Assembly (NCBI GenBank): GCA_051362555.1
Contig: CM120640.1
Coordinates: forward strand, 62,846,788 to 62,910,787
Reading direction: 5' to 3'
Length of the DNA: 64,000 nucleotides
Source of the DNA: Lingula anatina
Taxonomy: Eukaryota; Animalia; Brachiopoda
Part shown: positions 53,515 through 64,000 of the stretch, piece after piece
How positions within the stretch are numbered: the first letter of the stretch is position 1
Layout: each line of letters begins with the position of its first letter
Made by a program: the position numbers and the translations under genes
Notes under the pieces: generated by a model
What the model was told of the DNA's origin: nothing
Databases searched by the model: none
Seen by the model: only the letters and a program-made list of their open reading frames with translations

Positions 53515-53661
53515 TGTGACAGGAATGGTAGTCCTAGGAATGGAAGTCCGGGGTCCCATGTGATTAGTAAAGGTTAGTTGAAGTGTTGAGGTTAGTATGT
53601 CACCTGTGCAAATCAATGGGGAACGGACTACGGTTCCTAGCGGAGTTCCATTCCTGTTACA
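53515..53661. mobile_element. TGT...ACA MITE (Ginger-like)
   Basis: TIR tgtgacaggaatgg / ccattcctgttaca, with inner inverted ctaggaa...agtcc / ggact...ttcctag. Flanks CATG and CCGG do not match. Confidence 0.55.
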
Positions 53662-54580
53662 CCGGTCTGAGGGTGTGGACTGGGTGACATCAGTTTGCAC
53701 CCCTCCCACTTCTTTATGTTTATCCCTAATCGCTGGGATAGGTTTATGTATAGCCTGGTGCATAAGGGCGTGCTCGACGAGAAGTCGTAGTCATGCGCTA
53801 CTGCGTGAACGTGCTTCGGATGTTATTTCTCACCTTATATTGCAAAAAGGCTCTGCTTCAATGTGCATAAAATACCACCCGTCACTTGACATTATTTTAG
53901 TTTCCTGGGTAATACGTTTGCCTATGATACATGAGGGCTCACCGCGTGAGTGAGTAACTAGGGAACATACAGAATGTAAAGCTTATGGTATGCCACTGTT
54001 GAAGAGTATCATATGTCGCAGATGAAGCTATCCATAATTATCAACTTGACATAATGAGCCTTTAAACCCACTGAAAGCTGTTTAAGAGCGTGTTGATGGA
54101 GGTTTCATACGAGCTGCTCTTTGGACCAGTCGGTATACTGATGACAGTGAGAGACACGCAACAATATCGTTCATTTAACAAGATTACTATTTACAGCAAC
54201 AGCAGCCGCTGCCGGCTGTGTCACAGAGATAGCACGATATATACACATGGAATGTGACAAAAAACAGTCAAAAGGCAGGCGATGGATTGTCGTTGAGTGA
54301 ATTGCAACCCAAAACATCTCGTGTCTGAATATATATGATGATAGGTGAGTGGATATTCTAATACACCAATCGGGAAATCGGGATAGGGTAAGGGATCGGG
54401 TGTGAGGACTGTTTAGTTTGGCAGATGGTGAGGATGTACAGACACGGTGGTATTTGTCTCACCTCTATGGTATAGTTGACTCAAGGATAAAGCTCCTGGT
54501 GAACCAGAGTCATTCCAGTGAGGCATGTCCTCAAATGTAAACGGTGTGTTAAAATTCCACCTACACTTTTTATCGGGACC

Positions 54581-54830
54581 CAGTGGCGGATTTAGAGGGG
54601 GATTGGGGGGGGGGTGCTGACCCCCCCATCGGTTTCTGAAAAAAGTCACACTAATATTCCCCTCTTGAAATTGGAATTTTGACTAGCTGATTCATAGTTC
54701 TTAACCGTATCGAATGGCACCGTTTTTCCACCAAAACACTCCAAGGGGGCCGAATGTCGGCTTCGTATCCGAGGCCCGTCATTCCTAAAAAACCGGACCC
54801 CCCCTTCAAATAATCCTGGATACGCCCCTG
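54581..54830. mobile_element. MITE with CAG(T/G)GGCG termini (hAT-like)
   Basis: Termini cagtggcggatttag / ctggatacgcccctg, with G/C-run subterminal tracts. Target-site duplication not clearly preserved. Confidence 0.6.
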
Positions 54831-56916
54831 GGATCCACTCACTTCCCTATTATAGAGCTACTATAGACAGCCTCCCGAAAATGATTAATATAAATCAAGA
54901 ATGGTTATGATAGTTTTGTCAACTAGGAAGTTGAAAAAAAGGAAAGATTCTTATAACTTGCTGGACGTTATTATCTTCTCACTTTGAGTGCGTACCACAG
55001 TATGCACCTTTATACAACAGACTCACGACTATTGTAAGGCACCTTCAATATGTGGGGCCTATTATTCATATCAATGAAAATGATAGTTTTGCTGTTGATT
55101 AGCATAATATGATATAAAGAGGGTTTTCTAAAACGCGGTTATACATATGTATGGGGTTGCGACTTGAGATTCTTCATGGCAAGAAGTAGCAAAGAAATGA
55201 GACTGGGCTGGCAAAAAGTTCAAAATTTTAGAGATGGGATTTGCATAGTGTATGGAATGTGTGGAAATGTGAGATTGAAATTAGACTTTAAAATGACAAA
55301 AGGAAGTAAGTCGCGATTGAAATACATCTGATGGAGCGTTTCTCCGCTAACAATTCGCCTACTATGCCTTTGAAAAACCCACTCACTTGGTGACAAATAT
55401 CACTTATGGGCGAGGTAAGATTGTCTTTAAACTTGGCTATGTCAGCTGTAGAGGCTTGCCCATAATTGTATGAGTTAGACTGTCAGGTCTGATATTAAGT
55501 ATCCGTTTACTCTTATGCGATTGAATAGAATGTTTTTCTTCTCCTACTGGCCGGTACTCACGCTAAAAACGTATTAAACAACAAAGCAATTTTGTTATCA
55601 AGATTAATTTCATTAGGAAAGATAAATGGCTATAGTTTAGCTTAGTTCCGGATCGGGAGTGTGGCCGCCTCTCCCACTCCGACAAGCAAGTCATCCCAGA
55701 AAGCCAATAGCATTACCTAGAACTACAAGGAAAGGACATTTTGAATGCACATGCTTCATTTAGCAGACAGAAAGGCATTACTCAAGGCAGAAAGTCACGT
55801 ATGATAAATATGTAGTGGATGCTCTTAGTTGCACGCCGAAAAAAATTAAACAAGCACAAATGCTAATAATGGCCATAAGATGTTGTATGTACTCAGGTGG
55901 AGTCCTGACTAATTTAAAGGAAAGAACGTCTTCTCCTGTTTCACTATTATTGTATGTTACACTGCCTTTGTGCCCGATACATTAGTATGCCATTACCCAT
56001 GTACAACTATCCATTTGCAATCGTACAATAACACTGGCATTCTAGCATGGCGTCTTCGGTTCATCTGCACATACCATAAATATGATTGATTGGGAATATG
56101 AAATGTCAGCTTAAAGTTTATTTACGTCAGACATGAAAAAGGGCTATCGCTTCCTTTGGTAAACGTACATTTAATATAGGTTTAGTTTTGGAGAGAAAAA
56201 ATCCATTTTCATGAAAGATTAACCTGTTTGTTTACAAACAGTCGCATCTATTAAGTATAGAAAGTGGTGTTTATTTGAAAATAGATCCATATCATCATCT
56301 CAGCCTCCATAGATTGTTTCTAATCCCCTCCCATTCTTTTCGAGGAATCACAACTGGTTTTCACTGTTTACTAAACTTGATGAGTATTTCTGTCTCCGTG
56401 ATTTCATTTTTAGGCCACAGTGAAATGATTTTATCCTGTAAGTCAATACTTAAGACAATCAATCCACAGTTCCAATGTATTTTTTTTTATTTTTTGCGAA
56501 CTGTGTAAAAACTACAATAAAAACCACATTGTGAGCTTGGCAAATTGTGAGAAATGGAGACACTTGCGAGTGTCAAATTTCCTGTCCTGGTGAGGTTTTC
56601 ATGCTAAAAACCACACGGTAAAATATATAGACCATTTTAAATCTGCTGAAAAGCTTAGGGCGCATTTGTCTGACTTATGATTGCGTTTAGTACTTTTCAA
56701 TGATCAATCTACATTCCTCTGAATTAAAATCTCCCTCTGTTTTGTTTATTCACTCCTGTCGATGGCTACTATCTGATTTGGTATATTTTTTTATTTGGGA
56801 GGAAGTCTTCCCGGTTGTTTGAATATCAAGACGTATGAGGCATATCGAAATATCATCTTTCTAAACGACCCTGCATTTTGATACGTCATGGGAATAAACA
56901 ATAATGGCAAAGCATC

Positions 56917-56920
<4 letters not shown>

Positions 56921-56966
<46 letters not shown>
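56921..56966. repeat. (CT)n microsatellite
   Basis: Directly visible. Confidence 0.98.
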
Positions 56967-56970
<4 letters not shown>

Positions 56971-58391
56971 GGGTCACTGACGACCCGCAAAGTTTTGATT
57001 TATTTGCCATGTGTCATTCATTGGACTCTTATTTATCGTGCAATTTTCTAATTTACACACTTTGTAAGTGTCAAGCAAGTTGATTTGATAAGGAATTACT
57101 TAGACATTTTGAAAGTCTTTGGAGACTATTTCAGCATGTAAACTTGAAATCAAACCAAGTAAGATTAAGGACCTGACACCGCAAGGTTCATGTCGCACCA
57201 CTAGATTGATAATACTAGAAGAAAATATCAGACAAATTGCTTCGTGGTTCGGTCTTTGTTCTTTTTTTTCTTGCTGAGATATGGGCTGTGGACCCACGAA
57301 TGAAAAGTATATGTGGCATCTCTAGCAAGTGCTTTGTTACCTGCGGATGGAAGGTCAGACAAATGTGTAAAGCAGGCACATATGCAGGCAGATAGATAGG
57401 CAGACAGGCAGGCAGGCAGACAGGGAGATGTATAAACACATAACATTTTGGTAGGACGAGGAGACAGACAAATTAAGTCAATAGAAGTGACTTGGGAGGG
57501 GAAAGGAAAGGTGAAGATCATTTCAAGGAGACAGCTTGTTGTTGTGATAGCCTGTTTTTTGGGCTGAGACATTAATAATTTTGTCGAAAAATTGTTGTTT
57601 TTATGGATTGTTTAATTGAGCATGCGCGCGCGCGCGTGTGTGAAGGCCTATGATACATCGCTATAAAGGCATGAACGCATATGGCCTGTGCCCTGTAAAA
57701 CCAGTTTATATTTCATTTCCAATTGTGACATCTACTGGTATATACCCCAGTACACAATATTTTGTTTATGCGGTATTGTGGTTTACAAAAGTAGTCAAGT
57801 TCATGCAGCAGTTTCAATATCTAGTCCAAGACCCATTATCCCAAAGGCAACATTTCACATTGTGAAGCTAACCTCTGCGGTAAGTTTCGTAAAATAGTTA
57901 TTCACCGTCAGATCATATTACTTACTGCTGATGTAAACAAACACAATTTGCGTCAAAGATGATGTTGTACTCATTCATGGGTTATCAAGATGTATTCAAC
58001 GGTGGCAGTACCTTGATAACCCTTCATTTCTTTGAAGCCCCGTTTCTTTTATCCCTTTGTATGTGTTGTCAGCAGCTGGTTTCAACAGTGCGAATATGTC
58101 ATGCAACCGTGTTGTGTACCCAGGTGTGCATCGTACTGAAAAAATGTCCATAGTAGTCTAAAGAGACGATTTAGGTATTTTGTCACAGTAGGGGTTTCCT
58201 TGTAAATGCAGCATACTAATTTTATGGGATGGGACATCATTTTTGATCCTTATCAAATAGTGGTCGCGTCGATGTCGGCGATTGTCGACACGGTCGATTT
58301 CGGCTACTTAGGTCGCTTCGATGTTAGGCCAACGGCAAATGCGTAGGCCCAACGTTGGGACAGTGACTTTGTGCTATCTGGCATAGTTTAA

Positions 58392-58605
58392 CACCCCATT
58401 TCCATAGATTAGATCGACCTACTTTGGATCGACCTAACTCCCTGGGGGTTCGCGCTGAATAGCTGTCAGCCGGGCGGACACGAAAGTTAATTGCCCCTTA
58501 CGGCTTGTAGTGGGCGGGGACGGACACTTAAGGGGGATTATCTGACGGTAGTCTGGTGAGACTCCCCGCGGTGATAGATCGATCTAAAGTTGTGGGAATA
58601 GACCC
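58392..58605. mobile_element. Hairpin MITE family B2
   Basis: Reverse-complement homologue of 22821-23035. Flanks TAA/CAA. Confidence 0.85.
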
Positions 58606-58608
58606 CAA

Positions 58609-58865
58609 GACTGGGTTCCCATACCTAGATCGATCTAACTGGATCGATCCATCTCCAAGGGGTTTCTCGCTAAATTGCTTTCAATTTAAGCGGCTTAGAT
58701 GGCTGGCAAGCCTACTGAAGCTGCTAAACGATAATTAATTACCCGCTAGCAGCTCAAGTAGGCATGACAGACATCTACGTCGCTTCAGTTGGTTGCAATT
58801 TAGCGAGATTCCCCTTGGAGATAGATCGATCCACATTTAGTACGATAGGGTCAGGGAATGGTCCC
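58609..58865. mobile_element. Hairpin MITE family B, directly abutting B2
   Basis: Same asymmetric ends as 6076-6322. Flanks CAA/TAA. Confidence 0.85.
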
Positions 58866-61313
58866 TAATACGTGCATTCCTTTTCATTAACTCGTTTTTC
58901 TAGACAAGTCACTTTGTCAAATAGACATTTGTCATGACCTAACAACTGATTCTCTTTTACCATTTGATACGTCAATAAACTTCCGTTTAAAGTTCATTCT
59001 TTGCTTTGCTGCAGTAACATTAAGATGTAATAGCACAATTATTGTACGTATAGCTGTTCACATTGTAAGACACTTTAAATATCAAAATCAGTAAAGAAAG
59101 ATTAAGTAATTTAACGATTGTTGAGATAAAAAAAGATGACCAGTAAGAGTTAAATAATGACATTGGTCCAACGCTGGCAGAAGGCTGACATGTCATGTCG
59201 AGTGCCCCGACGTTGGGTCGCCGGATACATCAACCTGAATTCGACGTCGACTGCCAACGTAACCAACGTCAGCGCAGCCACTGTTTCTTATCTTTGTCTC
59301 TTCATCAGGCAGTGTCCTACATTGTTTTTTATTTTTATTTTTGATAATAAATGACGAGTGTTGCCAAAGGGACTGGTTCACTTATTTGGATAAAATATTG
59401 TTTGCAAACAGACGATACCTTTCTATATGTCCATTTTACGTTCGTTCAGTAAGAGCAGGGAATGAATGGTCAATTATATGATATTTTGATGTCGTAACAC
59501 CATGTGTAAAGTAATATTAGTCTGACGCTTAGTTTGGCCGGGGTGTATAAAAAATAACAGCCATATTTTTTACATTTAAATAAAAAGTTATTTATATTCT
59601 CACGTGAAGCATTCTGACCTTCCTTGCATAGCCATGCGTGACAAGGATTGCTTAGGATGGCGGTAAGGAGATGAGAGCATTGATAGTAGTCTGTTCATCG
59701 TATACCCATCCTTATCGTGTTCATTATCAAATGAGTAAGTTATAATAAATATGTATATACCCAGTATATCGCCGCGCCAGGGGACTTAAAAGTCAAGTTC
59801 AGAATCGAGGACGTTTAAGGTAGGTGTAGAAAGATTTGCATTCTTACAAATATTGGACCTTAGGTTCGGACATGCACATGTAATGCAACTGGTTTAGAGA
59901 CTAAGCTCTTGCTCTTGACCGACATTGATCTTTGGATTTGTGGGGATGCCTTGAGATGCTATCTGAAATTAAATCTTCTAAAAATCATAAAATCAAACAT
60001 GGGAAACATACGGATTGGATAATCAACCCATTAATGATAGTGTCCTTGTAGGAATGCAATAACTTTTATCTGTGGAAGAGGTTCATTGGCGGTCGTGTGT
60101 AGGACATTGTAAAATCACATCGTAGAGAAGGACACACGGACCGTAAACTCAGTGTTCGTATACCAAGTATTGTTGAAACTTGATTGATTCGTTTGTTTTG
60201 ATAGTGCGTGCGACATCTTAGTGTATATGTGCAAGGGATCACTTCAAAAGCAGTGTAAGTTCGTCTCTCTTTTTCTTCTACTTTTTGTGAACCATTTCGG
60301 TGAAAATTTTGAGCCATTCATATGGCATGGTGACTTGCAGAAAAATTGGATGAAAAATTATTCTAAGTAGCTTAATGGTTTGTGAAAAACATATATCATT
60401 GGTATTTGAAGTGAAGTTAGGAATGGTGCTCGGGGGCAGCCTGTATCTGTGTAGTATAGTATATCTGTTGTTTGGGTTGCAAAACACAGGAAATCATCAA
60501 GGTCGAAGGAAGCACTGACCTGCGTGCAAGTTAACTACCTTCAGTTGGTCAAACACTCTATTCATAGGTGGGCACAGTCAATTATGTAACACGCTATGAG
60601 GATGTTATTAATCTTGATGTATTTAACAAATATTTTTGGACATGTACATGGGTCTGTGATCCTGTGTACACCTTTTTGTTATTAAGGTATTATAACTAGC
60701 TACAATGCAGGAGGGAGAGTTAATAATGATCATCGTATGAAAATGCACCTTCGCATGCTGTGGAACTATAAATCTTTTTTTTTAATCGGAGGTCATGGTA
60801 TTTTACAGAATACACTGCCTTTGTGAAAATTCTTGTAAACATGGGTTAGCCTATTGTTTGTCTAAACCATTATAACTATGATTCATTTTGTAGTGTTGTA
60901 GCAAGTTCAGTGAAAAAGTAAGTTTGCAAATGATAGTAATAATGAAAATAATTAACACTAATACAAGGTATACTTAAATACATATATATGCATTCAGTGA
61001 ATAATGAATTGTGAATTCATTTTAGAAAAAATCATGATAAAAGCAGAAATAACAATGTAATGGCGTGTTAAAAACCATTGAAGGGTAATTAACCCACGTT
61101 TGGTTTGTGTGTAATATTTCTAGAACATGGGGGTGTCATTCAAGGTGGATGTAAACGCTAGCCGTCACACTGATAACACGCCTTCTGCTTTAACATACTG
61201 GCTCGTAGCCTGGGACTTTTTATGGGTTGATGACTATCGCCTATGACCTTGGTCATCTCACGCCATAATGGCGATCCTTTTCTTCCAAATGAGTCCAGTC
61301 GGTGGCCTTGTTG

Positions 61314-61314
<1 letters not shown>

Positions 61315-61362
<48 letters not shown>
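61315..61362. repeat. (TA)n microsatellite
   Basis: Directly visible. Confidence 0.98.
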
Positions 61363-61368
<6 letters not shown>

Positions 61369-61924
61369 AGTAAAATGACACGTTTTTCCCTAATTAGAGT
61401 GTTTAAAAAAAAAGACTGCTGTGATCCATAGTAATTTAGTTAGCTGCTTATTGTGGAAACAACACATGGCCTGCATATAAATTAACATTAACTCCTATGT
61501 GACATGTTAACCTTAGTAAAATACTACCGTTTTAATTTAAATTGTGTATAAAGCTTCAAATAGTCTGTCAAACACTGTGAAATGTTATGTTGAATATACA
61601 ACGTTTAACTTTCATGTTTTTTAAGAACGGCCTCAAATCAGTTCAAAACCTAGCGTAACAAATTATGTTTTTTCCAGTTGTGTTAACCAGCTCAGACATC
61701 TATCAGGCTAAGCCATATCCCCCCATAAGGAGTATTGCGATGGTTTCGCATGTTGAAAAATGTCATAAGTGCCAGACGTGCTATAAAGGAAAGAAGTGCT
61801 TTGTGCATACATATAAGAAAATATCTAGGGTGCAACAGGGTAATTCAATGAATAAGAAGGTTTAGGAGTGAGAACCACCATGCCCTGTGCCCATGCAAAG
61901 GTGCAGGGGACTACATATAGACCA

Positions 61925-63785
61925 GAGACACCTAGATCATTACACTGGGCCACTGTACAGGGAAAGAAATATAATTTTAAGTTATTGGTATAGGTGTAGT
62001 ATACAGTAAAAGTGTGAGGACTGGACCTCCTTGTGAGTCCTGGTGGGTGCTGTAGTCAGGATAATGTGTTGGACAAAAACGGTTTGTACATGTAATAACA
62101 GACCTGGCTGTGCCTGGCCATAGTATGCCCCAATGCTGTTCAGTTCACGTGAACTATCAAGTCAGAGACACTGCTGGTATTGTGATATCCTTCTTTGACA
62201 TACCTGGCTCCCCTTCGCTGCACCTTTTCCACGTCTTTATGTTTCTCAAGGTGTGTGGATTCCACTTGAGCACAGGTCAAACATTGGTGTTAAAGGTCTT
62301 GGTATCTTTGTTACTTATGTTTAGAATTCTTTTTACCATGTCCAATACCGCGTTAGCTTTGCTTGCTGGCATATCTGTATGGAGTTTGTTATGTTTGTTA
62401 TGTATGTTTTTTTATGTTTTACCTAGGTATTTTGCGGAGTTGACCGTCTTCAGCATGCGGCCATGGAGCTTAAGTCCATAAATTACAGGGTTCAACCGTC
62501 TTCTCATTTGGAGATGTTCAGATTTTATAGTTTAACTGCATGGCCCACGGTTTTTTTCAACTGGTCTCAACGGTCTAGGTAGTTCTGTTATTTAGTGACT
62601 GGTTACTTTTAATAGACTTATGGTCACCGAGCATGAGAACATTTTTGAATAGGTCACAGCGTAATCAGTAAAGAGCCTAAGTTTGCATCTTAGACCAAGT
62701 GGAAAGTCGTTGAAGTGTAAATGGAATAGGACCGGTCCCAGTACTGTGTCCTGGGACACCCCAAACACCGCACTGGCCAGACCCGACTGCTCCCCATTAA
62801 GGCCCCTATTTCACACAGACCACGAATCCCACGAATCGCCAGGAATTGACAAATTTCAGGATTCGAGAGGATTCGTGAGATTTTGCCAATTTTCTGGTCT
62901 AATTCGACACGTTCACGATTCAGTTACGATACGGGTACGATAGTGTTACGAATATTCGTGGAATTCGGCTGGAATCGTGAGATTTTGCCAATTTTCTGGT
63001 CTAATTCGACACGCTCTACGATTCAGTTACGATACAGGTGCGATAGTGTTACGAATATTCGTGGGATTCGGCTGGAATCGCACGAATATTGTCCAGAAAT
63101 TCACTACAATTTTTTGGAATCGGGAGTTCGTGGCCAAAACTTTGAACAGCTCAAAATTTTTGCCACGAAGTCCCAATTGATCAAGAATTGCAAGAACTGA
63201 CTACGATTATATGCGAATCTGTTAAGAACTTCACGAACTGGTTACGATTCAACCACGAATCCTGAAATTTTCAATTCCTGGCGATTCGTGGGATTCGTGG
63301 TCTGTGTGAAATAGGGGCATCAAAGCTTTTGCCACCAATTCCTGTTGGTCAAGAATTGCAAGAACTGACTACGATTATATACGAAGCTGTTAAGTACTTC
63401 ACGAGCTGATTACGATTCAACTACGAATCGTGAAATTTGTCAATTCATGGCCATTCGTGGGATTCGTGGTCTGTGTGAAATAGGGGCATAACAAACACAC
63501 ATTGTGGTCTGTTGAAGAAGGACGAGTTAATCCGTTGAAGCATCTGGTCCTTAATGGCTTAGTGGGAGAGCTTGTGTAAGATTGTTCTATGGAAAACCTC
63601 ATCAAAGGCTTTAGGAGAATCCAATACTGGTGTGTCGCACTTTCCGCCATTTGTCACATCGTTTGCTATGTCATGTATAAATGTGATCAGATTGCTTTCG
63701 CCAGATCAACTAGGACGGATTCCGTATTGATAATCATATAATATTTCATGCTTGTCCAGGTACTTAAAAACATTGGTGTTCGTTT
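61925..63785 (-). mobile_element. Decayed non-LTR retrotransposon (CR1/L2-like) reverse transcriptase region, interrupted by a MITE
   Basis: Minus-strand translation gives YLDKHEILYDYQYGIRPS, LDSPKAFDEVFH (cf. LDFSKAFDKVPH), GVSQDTVLGPVLF..NDFP (cf. GVPQGSVLGPLLF..INDLP), LRLFTD (cf. LFADD) and SKANAVLDMVKR, with many stops and frameshifts. Confidence 0.9.
62801..63488. mobile_element. Harbinger-like MITE family D with a duplicated right end
   Basis: TIR ggcccctatttcacacagacc; right TIRs end at 63319 and 63488. TAA flanks the outer ends. A ~100-bp internal tandem repeat spans ~62875-63080. Confidence 0.9.
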
Positions 63786-64000
63786 AAGTCACACTATCAC
63801 TTAGTGATGCATTCGTACCTATGATAAACTCACCAAAAACGAAGGTCCGCGTTCTTCCGAGATTGGTTTAGATTGCACAATCAATGAATGGAAATTCTAT
63901 GAACAGATGCGCATCCCTTTTTAAAGCACTTTAAAGGTGTGGTTTCTGATAATTAAGTTCATCCTATAATTTTGCTTTGGTAGATTTTCTGAAGTGCTAT

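Noticed and set aside
58260-58380. CG-rich gtcga/caacg repeat patch (also 59160-59280)
   Set aside because: Probably fragments of another DNA-transposon family, but boundaries and target duplication could not be defined.

Overview
AT-rich eukaryotic (metazoan) genomic DNA with GT-AG introns, microsatellites and many non-autonomous transposons; a marine invertebrate origin is plausible but only an inference. One well-supported gene is present: a three-exon, 220-aa, divergent Rab-like GTPase on the minus strand (19390-22222). It carries a natural Q-to-L change in the G3 motif (DTAGLE) and degenerate G4/G5 motifs. A weaker minus-strand model (6869-11945) has the layout of a secreted peptide precursor. 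Repeats include a decayed LINE reverse transcriptase split by a MITE, a ~4 kb Helentron-like (HINE) element with internal cargo, Kolobok-, Tc1- and Ginger-like MITEs, and a probable solo LTR. The most striking structure is a group of PIF/Harbinger-like hairpin elements that nest in or abut each other's ends and keep base-pairing through compensatory changes. Almost all entries in the ORF track are spurious. Family assignments rest on terminal motifs read by eye; no database search was run.
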